The notes under the pieces were generated by a model, which had not been told where the DNA came from, did not search any database, and saw only the letters and a program-made list of their open reading frames with translations. Shown here one piece after another: positions 17,243-26,700 of a stretch of 30,265 nucleotides of DNA. Location of the stretch: positions 1 to 30,265 of IMG/VR virus record IMGVR_UViG_3300005590_000064. The stretch is one strand, 5' to 3'. The translations under genes were made by a program, and so were the position numbers. The DNA is from a virus (taxonomy: Duplodnaviria; Caudoviricetes). Every line of letters starts with the position of its first letter. Positions within the stretch are counted from its first letter, which is position 1.

Positions 17243-17875
17243 ATGGCGACCGAACACCAGATCAAGAACCGCGCCATAGGCCTGATCGGCGGTGAGCCAA
17301 TCAAGGACCCGAATGCCACGTCCGCCTATTCCGGCCGATCGCGCCGGGTGATCGATCTCTACGACATGGTCTACGAAGAGGCGTTGTCCCTCTGGCCCTG
17401 GACCTGCGCGCGCGGACGCAAGCTGCTGACACCGGCTGAAGAAAAGCCTGAATGGGGGTTCGGTTATCAGTATGCGCTGCCGGACGGGGCGATCTCCGTG
17501 CAGGCGGCCATGACCGGCGGGTGTGACTTCGAAGTCGAGGGCCGCTTTATCCTGACCGACCATCCGGGGCCGCTGAAGACACTGATCAGTATCCGGCAAC
17601 AGGAAGATTGGCTGCACCCGCTTGTTGCCTATCTAATCGCCTGCCGTCTGGCGCTGGCGGCCGTGATGGGGCAGGCCGAGAGCACAACCCTGCAGGAGCG
17701 TGTGAGGGGCTTTCAGCAAGACGCCTTTCTCGAAGCGACGCAGGCAGAGAATTCGCAAGGGTCCAGCCTTGCAAAGCTGGGCTCCGAATGGGTGCTGGCG
17801 GCGCAGACGGGATATGCGCCGGAGCTGCGTGTGGCGGGCATGATCCCGCCCGAAAGTTACTGGTTGAAGGGATAG
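17243..17875 (+). CDS. Tail tubular protein A / adaptor (T7 gp11-like)
   Basis: IKNRAIGLIG, WPWTCAR, WGFGYQYALPD, FEVEGRFILTD motifs; synteny. Confidence 0.85.
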   Translation: MATEHQIKNRAIGLIGGEPIKDPNATSAYSGRSRRVIDLYDMVYEEALSLWPWTCARGRKLLTPAEEKPEWGFGYQYALPDGAISVQAAMTGGCDFEVEGRFILTDHPGPLKTLISIRQQEDWLHPLVAYLIACRLALAAVMGQAESTTLQERVRGFQQDAFLEATQAENSQGSSLAKLGSEWVLAAQTGYAPELRVAGMIPPESYWLKG

Positions 17876-17878
17876 GGC

Positions 17879-20407
17879 ATGGCAGGGCGCGGGCGTCTGA
17901 TCCAGACCAATTTTTCAGGCGGCGAGCTGTCCAAGGCGGCACGCGGCCGACCGGATACGAATGTCTGGTCAGGCGGGCTGGAGATCAACCGGAATTGTGT
18001 CACGCGCCCGGCCGGGGCAAGTGACCGGCGCGGGGGGGCGGCCTATCTTGGGGATGCCAAGGCAGGCGCTGGAGACAAGAAATGGTTTGTCCTGCGCAAA
18101 GGCATTAATGACATTGTGCGGATCGAAGCGGGTGCCTACAGGTTTCGGTTCTGGGATGGCATGACCCGTCAATTGATTACATCCGGGGGCAGTCCGGTAG
18201 AGGTCGTCATTCCCTGGAGCAATGGCGAGTTGCAAGGCCTGCGCTGCTCACAGCAGGGGGATGTGCTCTGGTTCAGTCATGTGGGCCATGGCTATCCTAC
18301 CAAGGCACTGAAGCGCACCTCCCCCACCAGTTTTTCCCTGGTCGATGTTGACTATCTGGAGGGGCCTTTCAAAACGCTGCAAAGCAATGCACCGCTTCTG
18401 ACATTTGGGGCTTCTTCCGGATCCGGCGTCAGCTGCGGCGCGGCGTCCTCTTTGTTCAGTGCGGACATGGTGGGATCCCTGATCCGTGTCGAGGCTACGA
18501 CAATGCCGGATGTTGCCAGCTGGACATTTGATGTCCCGACCGAGCTGGGCGATTATTGCCGGAACGGAAACCGGATCTATGAATGCACGGACCGCGGTGA
18601 CCCCTTCAAGACCGGCAACAGTCCGCCGGTGCATGAAGCGGGAGCGTACTGGGACGGCACCTTCCGCGACAACATCCAGTGGACCTTTCGTGGGTATACG
18701 TATGGTCTTGCGGAGATTACGGGCTATACCAGCCCGACCAGCGTTACGGTCAAAATCCTGCAGCGCCTGCCATTCTATGGGGCGGCAAGCAAAACAAGCG
18801 ATGTTTACTATCTGGGGGCCCTGTCAGATGCAGAGGGCTGGCCGGCTGCGACGACGATCTTCGAGGACCGGTTCTGTGCCTTCGGCAGCGCTACCGATCC
18901 GGCGCGTTGCTTCCTCGGGCGCACCGAGTTGTACACGCCGGAAACCGCTGACATGCGGCCCGGTTTTGCGACCGAAACGCTGGATACGGATGCGGTGCGC
19001 CGGTCGCTCGCTGAAGGGGAGACGGCTCATATTGTCTGGGCCATGGTCATGGATGGTCTTTTGCTGGGTACGACAGTGGGGGTGCGCCAGCTGACAGGGC
19101 CGTCGGCGGATGAAGGGATTACGCCGGCCGGAGCTGTTCCGCGTACGGTAACTGAAATTCCCTGCAGCCCGGATCTTCCTGGTATCAAGGCTGATAATGC
19201 CCTGATCTATTCGGCGGTGGGAAACCAGGAGCTGATCGAGGTGAGCCGTCAGCGGGATGCCATACCGCGCAATTTGCTGGAACTGGCCGAGCATCTCACA
19301 GATGGGGGTATTCAGTCTTATTGCTGGCAGGGGCGGCCTGCCCGGATCCTGTGGGTCGTGACAGATCGCGGCCGCCTGCGTTCGCTGACCTATTCGCCGG
19401 AAAATGACACTTATGCCTGGGCTCCGCATCCGCTGGGAGGATCTTATGAGGGGCGCGAGCCCTGGGTGGATGATGTGTGTTCCGCGCCGGGCCCTGATGG
19501 GCGCGATGAAGTCTGGCTGATTGTCGCGCGGACAGTGAACGGGGCGACCTTGCGAACGGTGGAATATATCACGCGGCGGTTCGATCAGCATGTCATGCGT
19601 GTTGAAGACGCCTGCTGTCTTGATGCGGCCGCCTATGTGGATCTCTGGCAAGGGTACACGGCCTATGTCGAGGATCTGGGGGAGGGGCGCGTACAGCTGT
19701 CTGCCGGCTCCGGCCCGTTTGTGGCTGGGGATGTCGATCGGGAATTCTGGTTGACGGGGAATGGCAGCACATATGACCGTGCCGATGAGAAGATGCCTGT
19801 CAGGGTGTCCATAGACACAGTCGTCAGTGCAACGATTGCCGAGGCCTCCCTTATCGGGGGGTATGATGAAAGCCTCTGGAAGAACCGCACACTGCGCATT
19901 GCGCGGCCAACCAGATCCATAGGGGCTCTTGACTGGCTTGAGGGTGAGGAGGTCATGGTCAATGCAGACGGCCGGGCCTTTGGGCCTTTCACGGTTGCTT
20001 CCGGAGTGATCACGCTGACCGATAGCGCCGGCGGCGATGTCTGGATGGCCAGAGGCTGGATCGGTCTTGCCTATGAAAGTCTCCGCAGGTCATTGCCTGT
20101 CAATGGCGGGGAGGGGCTGGGATCTTCGCTGGGAGCGATGGGGCGGATCTCCGGTCTGACCGTGCTGACGGATGGTGTTGCCGAGGGGCGCGTGAAGCTG
20201 GTGGATCAGCCGGATGATTATGCCATTCCGCTGAACTGGCAGTTTGCCGAGGATCCATTGGGGCAAGCGCCTGATGCGGAAAGCAACGATCGCTGGCTGG
20301 ACCTTGAAACCGGCTATGACCGCGACAAGCAGATCGAGGTGATTGCAGATGGTCCGCTGCCCTGTTCCCTGACCGGCTTTGTCCTGAAGGTGGAGAGTTA
20401 TGGGTGA
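17879..20407 (+). CDS. Tail tubular protein B / nozzle (T7 gp12-like)
   Basis: QTNFSGGELS N-terminus, GWPA...FEDRF, LDWLEGEEV.V.ADG, PLPCSL C-terminus; 842 aa. Confidence 0.9.
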   Translation: MAGRGRLIQTNFSGGELSKAARGRPDTNVWSGGLEINRNCVTRPAGASDRRGGAAYLGDAKAGAGDKKWFVLRKGINDIVRIEAGAYRFRFWDGMTRQLITSGGSPVEVVIPWSNGELQGLRCSQQGDVLWFSHVGHGYPTKALKRTSPTSFSLVDVDYLEGPFKTLQSNAPLLTFGASSGSGVSCGAASSLFSADMVGSLIRVEATTMPDVASWTFDVPTELGDYCRNGNRIYECTDRGDPFKTGNSPPVHEAGAYWDGTFRDNIQWTFRGYTYGLAEITGYTSPTSVTVKILQRLPFYGAASKTSDVYYLGALSDAEGWPAATTIFEDRFCAFGSATDPARCFLGRTELYTPETADMRPGFATETLDTDAVRRSLAEGETAHIVWAMVMDGLLLGTTVGVRQLTGPSADEGITPAGAVPRTVTEIPCSPDLPGIKADNALIYSAVGNQELIEVSRQRDAIPRNLLELAEHLTDGGIQSYCWQGRPARILWVVTDRGRLRSLTYSPENDTYAWAPHPLGGSYEGREPWVDDVCSAPGPDGRDEVWLIVARTVNGATLRTVEYITRRFDQHVMRVEDACCLDAAAYVDLWQGYTAYVEDLGEGRVQLSAGSGPFVAGDVDREFWLTGNGSTYDRADEKMPVRVSIDTVVSATIAEASLIGGYDESLWKNRTLRIARPTRSIGALDWLEGEEVMVNADGRAFGPFTVASGVITLTDSAGGDVWMARGWIGLAYESLRRSLPVNGGEGLGSSLGAMGRISGLTVLTDGVAEGRVKLVDQPDDYAIPLNWQFAEDPLGQAPDAESNDRWLDLETGYDRDKQIEVIADGPLPCSLTGFVLKVESYG

Positions 20408-20849
20408 GTTCCGCGCGATTGCCCAGGTGGCTGATGTTCATATCTGTGAGGCACTGGCGCAACGTGTGGCGGCCGAGTTCGGCAAGGACTGGCCGGGGCT
20501 GCGGTTCAAGGGCGATGCCTGGGCCTATGTCGATGGCGGCCAGGCGCGGGGGATTGGTGGCATAGAGCCGGTCTGGAAAGGCCGGTATGTGCTCTGGTCC
20601 TATGTCAGCGAATTGTCAGTGGGGGACTGGCGCCGTGTGCTGAGGTTCACCCGGTTGCGGCTGCAGCGCGCTCTGGCCCAGCCGGACGTGAACCGCGTCG
20701 AGGCGACGGCCTTGCTGACCCATCCGCGCTATTGCCGCTTCCTGGAGCGGCTCGGCTTTCTGGCGGAAGGGATGCTGCTGAATTATTCACCGAAGGGTGA
20801 AGACATGATGATGTACTCGCGCGTTCCCGGAGGGGAGCCATCGGCATGA
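20400..20849 (+). CDS. GNAT-fold protein, T7 gp13-like
   Basis: GIGGI..W.G..VLW and RFLERLGFLAEG motifs; position after the nozzle gene. Confidence 0.75.
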   Translation: MGEFRAIAQVADVHICEALAQRVAAEFGKDWPGLRFKGDAWAYVDGGQARGIGGIEPVWKGRYVLWSYVSELSVGDWRRVLRFTRLRLQRALAQPDVNRVEATALLTHPRYCRFLERLGFLAEGMLLNYSPKGEDMMMYSRVPGGEPSA

Positions 20850-21331
20850 GTGGGTTTGAAATGCTGCTGGTCGCGCAAGCGGCGGGGACTGTCCTGCAGA
20901 CGGCCGGCGCGATGGTCGATGCGGAAACCGATAGCAAGATCGCGCGCAACAATGCCATCCAGACGCGGGCAGAAAGTGTCGAGGAGGCGGGGCTGCTTTC
21001 GGCCGAAGGGCGTCGGCGAAGTGCTGCCGCGAAAGTGCGGGCGGCCAGTTCCGGCCTGTCGCTGGACGGGTCTGCGCTGGATGTGATCGGGGAGCTGGAG
21101 GCCGAAGGAGAGTACCGTGCACGGACGGCCCTGCATGAAGGGCGCGTCCGGTATGACGGATACCGCGCTGAGCAGAAGAATGCCAAGAGCCGCAAGACAA
21201 CAAGTGCCGTGATCGGGGCGTCGCAACTCGGAGCCACCATGCTGACGGCCGGCATGAATTTCGGGAGCACGTCGGGATCATCCGCCGCCCTTCATGCGGG
21301 TGGCAAGGCAAACACGCTGGGAGGGCTCTGA
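20846..21331 (+). CDS. Small internal virion (ejection) protein, T7 gp14-like
   Basis: Ala/Gly-rich with hydrophobic ends; AASSGLSLDGSALDV motif; synteny. Confidence 0.8.
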   Translation: MSGFEMLLVAQAAGTVLQTAGAMVDAETDSKIARNNAIQTRAESVEEAGLLSAEGRRRSAAAKVRAASSGLSLDGSALDVIGELEAEGEYRARTALHEGRVRYDGYRAEQKNAKSRKTTSAVIGASQLGATMLTAGMNFGSTSGSSAALHAGGKANTLGGL

Positions 21332-23733
21332 TGCCGGTAAGAATTGATGCAGGCCGGTCGCGTGTTTCGGCTCCCAGGACGGGCGGTGTTGTCATTCGTG
21401 GCACGACAGGTGGCAGCAATGCGCGCGCCATCGGCAGCACCTTGTCTGACTTTGCAGATGGTCAGCTGCAACAAATCCGCGCTGAGCGTGCGGCCGAGCA
21501 GGCGGCTGCGGATCAGATCGATATTGCAAAAACCTCCAGCGCCGCGCGGCTTGAGTGGCAGAAGCGCCTGAATGACGAGCTGGATGCCTATGACGGGGCG
21601 GAGCCGGGATTTACGGAGAATTTCACCACGAGTTTCCGGCAGGATGCCGAGGCGCGGCTGGCTGGCCTCAATCCGCGCATTCGTCAGGCCGTCGAGCTGG
21701 ATCTTGTGCAATTTGGCGAGCGCCTGACGGCTGGGGCCATCGAGGGCGCGCGCGGCAAGCGCCAGGCCTATGTGATGCGCGGCCTGCGCGAGACGCTGGA
21801 CACGGAAGCGGAAGCCCTGCTGGCCTCACCCATGGATCTGGCGAGCGCGCTGGAAGGCCTGGAGCCGCTGACGGAAGCCGCCCCGGCGGCGTTGCGCGAC
21901 AAGTTCCGGGAGGAAGCGCGCGCGCAGCTGGCCAGCGCCTATGTTGACGGGCTGTTGCGCGATGATCCTTCCGAACTGCATTACCAGCTGGAAGCTGGCA
22001 TGCTGGACAGCGTGCTGGATGCAAAGCAGAAGGCCCAGCTGCAATCGACCGTATCGGGAACGATTGCGCGCCAGGCCAAGGCGGCGGAACAGGCGGCCCA
22101 TGCACGTCGTCGTGAAGAAGAAGGGGCTGCCAAGGATCTGGTTGCGCGGGTAGTTGCCTATGAGGGGGCAGGTCTTGCTGCCCCGCCGGATCTGCTGCAG
22201 GCGGCGCGGGATGCTGCGATCGGGATCACGGATCCCGGCCTGATCGAGAAGATGGAGCTGGCCAGCTACAAGCGCCGGACCAGAGGCAGTGGCGGGTCCA
22301 AAACGGCCAAACAGTCACTCGACGTGCTGGAGAAGACGCTTGAGGCAGGCCTTGCGCCGGCTCCGGAAATGATTGCGCGGGCGCGTGCTGACGTCGAGGC
22401 GTCCGGAACGGATGCGCTCTATCAGCGTCTCAACGATATTGCGGCGGCGCAGGAGATCCGGCAGGAGGCCGCGCTGATGCCAAAGGCCGATCTTGCCGCG
22501 CGCCTTGCGGAGATCCGGTCCGGCACGGTGACGGAAGAAGGGCTGAAGGAATTCCGTATCCTCAACAAGGTGGCCGCGCAGCGCGAGCGGATGGGCGGGG
22601 ATGACAATGTGGGCTGGGCCGAACAAAATGGCCTGGTCCTGCAGCAGCTGGATCTTGGCTCTGAAACGCTGGCGGGGGATTTATCCCGCCGCGTACTGCA
22701 GGCGGAAGCGCTGGCCGAGATGACCGGCGAAAAGCTGCAGGTTTTTTCGAAGGTCGAGCGCGCGCGGTTTGGCGAGGCGCTGGATGCCCTGCCGGCGGAT
22801 CAGCAGGCGGACATGCTGGCGCGGCTGACTGTTGGGGCGGGCGGCCGCTCCGGCGCCGTCATCCGCGAGCTGGCGGCGAAAAACCCTGTTTATGGACAGG
22901 CTGGATATCTGACGGCAACCGGGCGGGGAGATACCGCCCTGGCCGCGCTGCAGGGGGCAAAGCTGCTGAAGGAGCGTCCGGATCTCTTGCCGAGATCCAA
23001 GGCGGTGTTTTCCGAAGTCGAGAATGCCTATTTCGGAAACGCCATTCCTGCGGCGCGTCTGGATGTGCGCAAGGGCATTACCGACATGGCGCGGGCGATC
23101 TATGCCGGAGATCTCGCCCGTGAGGGCAAGGGGGCAAAGGATTTCGATGCGGATGAGTATCAAGCGGCCCTGCAACGCGCAGCCGGACAAAGCGGAGTGA
23201 CGGGCGGCATTGGCGACGTTGGCCGGGGGCGCATCCAGCTGCCGGCGCATATGACAGCCGATCAGGTAGAAGGGCTCGTCAAGTCGGCCGAAATCGAGGA
23301 CTGGGCCGCCTGGTCGCTTGGCGGTGTTTCCATGCCCTCCGTGATCGGAGAAAATGGCATGCAGCCGGTCGATGCGCGGTTCCTGAAGAAGTCCTATCTG
23401 ATCAGTGTGGGCGAGGGGCGTTATCAGGTGAGCCTGACAGATCCGCGTTTTGGCGCGCAATATGTTCTGGATGGGGACAGCTCACCAGACGCGCCACGCC
23501 CGTTCGTGCTTGACCTCAGTCAGGTTGACCCGGCCGTTGTGCATCAGCGCTTCGCGGCGTCCGCTGCGCAGGCGCGTGTGCGGGCGAGGACCGCCCCGAA
23601 GGCGCAGGACTGGGGCCGTGACGATCCGCGTTACCAGGACTATCTGAAGCAGCAAAGTGACAAGAAACCCATGAGTTGGGGGCGTGATGATCCGCGCTAC
23701 AAAGACTATCTGAAGAAGCAGGCGGACGACTGA
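21331..23733 (+). CDS. Internal virion (ejection) protein, gp15-like (800 aa)
   Basis: All-helical, Ala-rich, no Cys; TGATG coupling at both ends; synteny. Confidence 0.78.
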   Translation: MPVRIDAGRSRVSAPRTGGVVIRGTTGGSNARAIGSTLSDFADGQLQQIRAERAAEQAAADQIDIAKTSSAARLEWQKRLNDELDAYDGAEPGFTENFTTSFRQDAEARLAGLNPRIRQAVELDLVQFGERLTAGAIEGARGKRQAYVMRGLRETLDTEAEALLASPMDLASALEGLEPLTEAAPAALRDKFREEARAQLASAYVDGLLRDDPSELHYQLEAGMLDSVLDAKQKAQLQSTVSGTIARQAKAAEQAAHARRREEEGAAKDLVARVVAYEGAGLAAPPDLLQAARDAAIGITDPGLIEKMELASYKRRTRGSGGSKTAKQSLDVLEKTLEAGLAPAPEMIARARADVEASGTDALYQRLNDIAAAQEIRQEAALMPKADLAARLAEIRSGTVTEEGLKEFRILNKVAAQRERMGGDDNVGWAEQNGLVLQQLDLGSETLAGDLSRRVLQAEALAEMTGEKLQVFSKVERARFGEALDALPADQQADMLARLTVGAGGRSGAVIRELAAKNPVYGQAGYLTATGRGDTALAALQGAKLLKERPDLLPRSKAVFSEVENAYFGNAIPAARLDVRKGITDMARAIYAGDLAREGKGAKDFDADEYQAALQRAAGQSGVTGGIGDVGRGRIQLPAHMTADQVEGLVKSAEIEDWAAWSLGGVSMPSVIGENGMQPVDARFLKKSYLISVGEGRYQVSLTDPRFGAQYVLDGDSSPDAPRPFVLDLSQVDPAVVHQRFAASAAQARVRARTAPKAQDWGRDDPRYQDYLKQQSDKKPMSWGRDDPRYKDYLKKQADD
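23611..23721 (+). repeat. Intragenic duplication encoding WGRDDPRY(Q/K)DYLK(Q/K)Q twice
   Basis: Copies at 23611-23655 and 23677-23721, 66-nt period. Confidence 0.9.
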
Positions 23734-26700
23734 TGGGGGAATTCCTGGAGCCTGATGATCTGATGCCGGATTTTGTTCCGGCGCGTGCGGACGTGCTGCC
23801 GGACCCGAGTGCCGGGGACATTTTCGGGGCCAGTATGGAAGCCATGCGGGCGACGGATCTGACCAGTTCGGAAGCCGAAAATCAGGGCCGGGCCTTTGGC
23901 GAGATCTGGGACGGCATGCTGCAGTCTTTCGATGGTGATGCTGCGGCCATGTCAGAGGCACTGCAGGCCCAGCAGCCGCCAGCGTTGGCAGGCCTGGATG
24001 CAGAGCAAAGGGCGCGTCTCTCCGTCGGGATGGCGTATGACCTGGCCCAGCTGGAGCGTATCAGGGCCTATCGCAACAGTTTGCCGCCCGAGCAGCGTGA
24101 GACCATACCGGACCCCGACCGGCTGGAAGCGCGCGCAAGAGAGATTGCCCTGCAGCGCTATACGGAAGCCGAGGCGGTGATGAGCCAGGCGCGCGGTTTC
24201 GGAGAGGGCGCAGCCAAGTTCGGGGGCGGTATGGCCGGGGCGATGACGGACCCGGTGAATATCGCGGCGATGATGATCTTCAAACGGCCGCTGACGACGT
24301 TCCGGGGCGCGGTGGCCTATGGCGCGGTCACGTCCGGGGCGACCGAATTGGTGCTGCAGCCCGTCGTGCAGGACTATCGCGCCGAAGTCGGCCTGCCGGC
24401 CGGCTGGGATATCGGCTTTCAGAATGTGCTCTATGCGACGCTGGGCGGGGCTGTATTCGGCGCGGGCGAGGGCGGGCTGATCAAGCTGGGGCAGGCCCTG
24501 GACGCGCGCACGCGACAGGGCGTGGCCACGAATGTTGATTTGCAGGTGAAGGAGATTGTCGACCGCTATGCGGCGGGCAATCTGGATGCTGAAGGGGTGA
24601 AGGAGGAATTTGCCGCCCTGGCGCAGCGCGACCCGGCCTTTGCGGCCGCCATCGAGATTTCCGAACGCACGGCGGCGGCCGAAGCGGCGCTGGAGGAAAA
24701 TCCGTTCGGGCTCTCGCCTGAAGCGATGGAGGCGCACAATGCGCGCCAGATTGCCGGCCTGGCGGACCTCGCGCCCGAGATCGATCCGGAGCTGCGGCCG
24801 GAAGATGTTGCCCCGGCAGATCTGCCGCCGGCCCCGGCCGTGGCCGGCGCGGAGATTCCGCAGGCCTGGCAGGATATGGGGCTGGAGATTGTGGACTATG
24901 GATCGCTCGCCCGTGATCCTGACCGGTTCCAGTTCAAGGAAAGCGACCAGGACGGGGTGACGGATGCCTTGCGCGATGTTGAGGCCTGGGAGCCCGAACG
25001 CGCGGGCGTGCTGCTGGTCTGGGAAGCGACGGACGGCACGCGCTATGTGGCCAATGGCCATCAGCGCCATGCCCTTGCCGATCGGCTGACATCTGCCGGG
25101 GCAGACCCGATCAGCGGCCCGGCTTTCATCCTGCGGGAAAATGAGGGCGTGACCGCCGAAGCGGCCATGGTGCGCGGAGCCCTGATCAATATTGCCGAAG
25201 GATCAGGCACCAGCCTTGATGCAGCGCGGATCCTGCGGGCCGATGCGGATGCGGGCGCTACCCTGCCGCCCAGGTCGCCGCTTGTGAAAGAGGCCAAAGG
25301 CATCTCCCGCCTGTCTGATGAGGCCTTCGGGCTGGTGGTCAATGAAAAGATCAGTCCCCGCTGGGGCGCGCTTGTCGGGGCGCGGGTCGAGGATCCGGCC
25401 CTGCAATCGCAAATCGGCCTGGCGCTGCAGGGTGTGGATCCGCGCACGCTGACCGAAGCGGAGTCGATCATTCAGGATCTGCTGACTGTTCCGGTTGTCG
25501 AAGGCAGGACAGCCGATCTGTTCGGGGAAGCGGATTTCAAGCAGGCCCTGATTGCCGAGCGGGCAAAGGCCAAGGCGGCCGCCCTGCGTCTTCTGAGCCG
25601 GGACAAGCGGACCTTCGGCACGCTGACAAAGGAATTCCAGAATATCGAGGCCGAAGGGAACAGACTGGACCCGGCGGCCAATCGTGAGGTAGAACAGCAG
25701 GCCGCCCGTCTGAAAGAGCGGATTGAAAGGGAAGCCCATGTCAAAGGCGAAATCTCGGATGCCCTCTCCGACGCAGCCCGGTCCATCTCCGAAGGTGAGC
25801 CGGTCGAAGCGGCTGCAAGACGCCTTGTCCAGTCTCTCACCGGGCGAGCTGAAGGCGGCGGCCAGCGACGCAGCGCTGATGCGGGCGGCGACGGCGCGGA
25901 TCCAGCTGAAGGCGCAACAGCGGGCCGACGCGGAGCGAACCGGCTTGGTACCGGGCTCGCTGACCTCCTAAAGCGGCAGGGCGACGGCACCGAGCGGGTC
26001 ATAGCGGCCTATGCCGATGCCGAGGATTTCGGCCAGTCGGCCTTTGATCTGATCACAAAAGGCAAGGCACCGGATGCAAGCCCGGCGGCTGCAAACCGGC
26101 TGGCGTCAGCGGCCGTGAAGTGGCGCGGCAAGGTGTACAAGGGCAAGAACCATGGCGATGCCGTGCGCGCGGCCGAGGCGGCCAGCGGCGAGACGATTGC
26201 CGGCATTTCTGGCGGGCAGGGGGAAGCGGTCGCAGGCTTTGTCGATGCGCGGGGAAAATTCCTGTCCCGCACGGATGCGGCCCTGTCGGCCCTTGCCAGC
26301 GGGCAGGTGACGGATCCGGCCGTGCGGCGCGTCATCGAGGCCCGGATCAAACGCGGCGAGGACGTCCCGTTGACCACGGAACATGTCGATTTTTCCGCAG
26401 AAGGCGGACGGTTTACGAAAGCGTCCAGCCTGGGGCATCCGGGTTGGGATGCGGCACGTCGGGCCGGCATCGATCTGTCTCCGCAAGCGCGTCTGAAGCG
26501 CGCCGGTGAGATGGGGTTCAATACGGATGAAATGTTGTTTCATGGGACGAGCCGCGAGTTTGAAGCGTTCGATGCGAATGCCGCGAAGGTTTCCTCCTCT
26601 GACCAGGAAAGCGGTATCTTCTTTACGCCCCGCGCGCTCACGGCGGATCAGTTTGCCAGGTATGCCTCATCAGAGGAGGGAGGGTCCGGCAAGGAAATTG

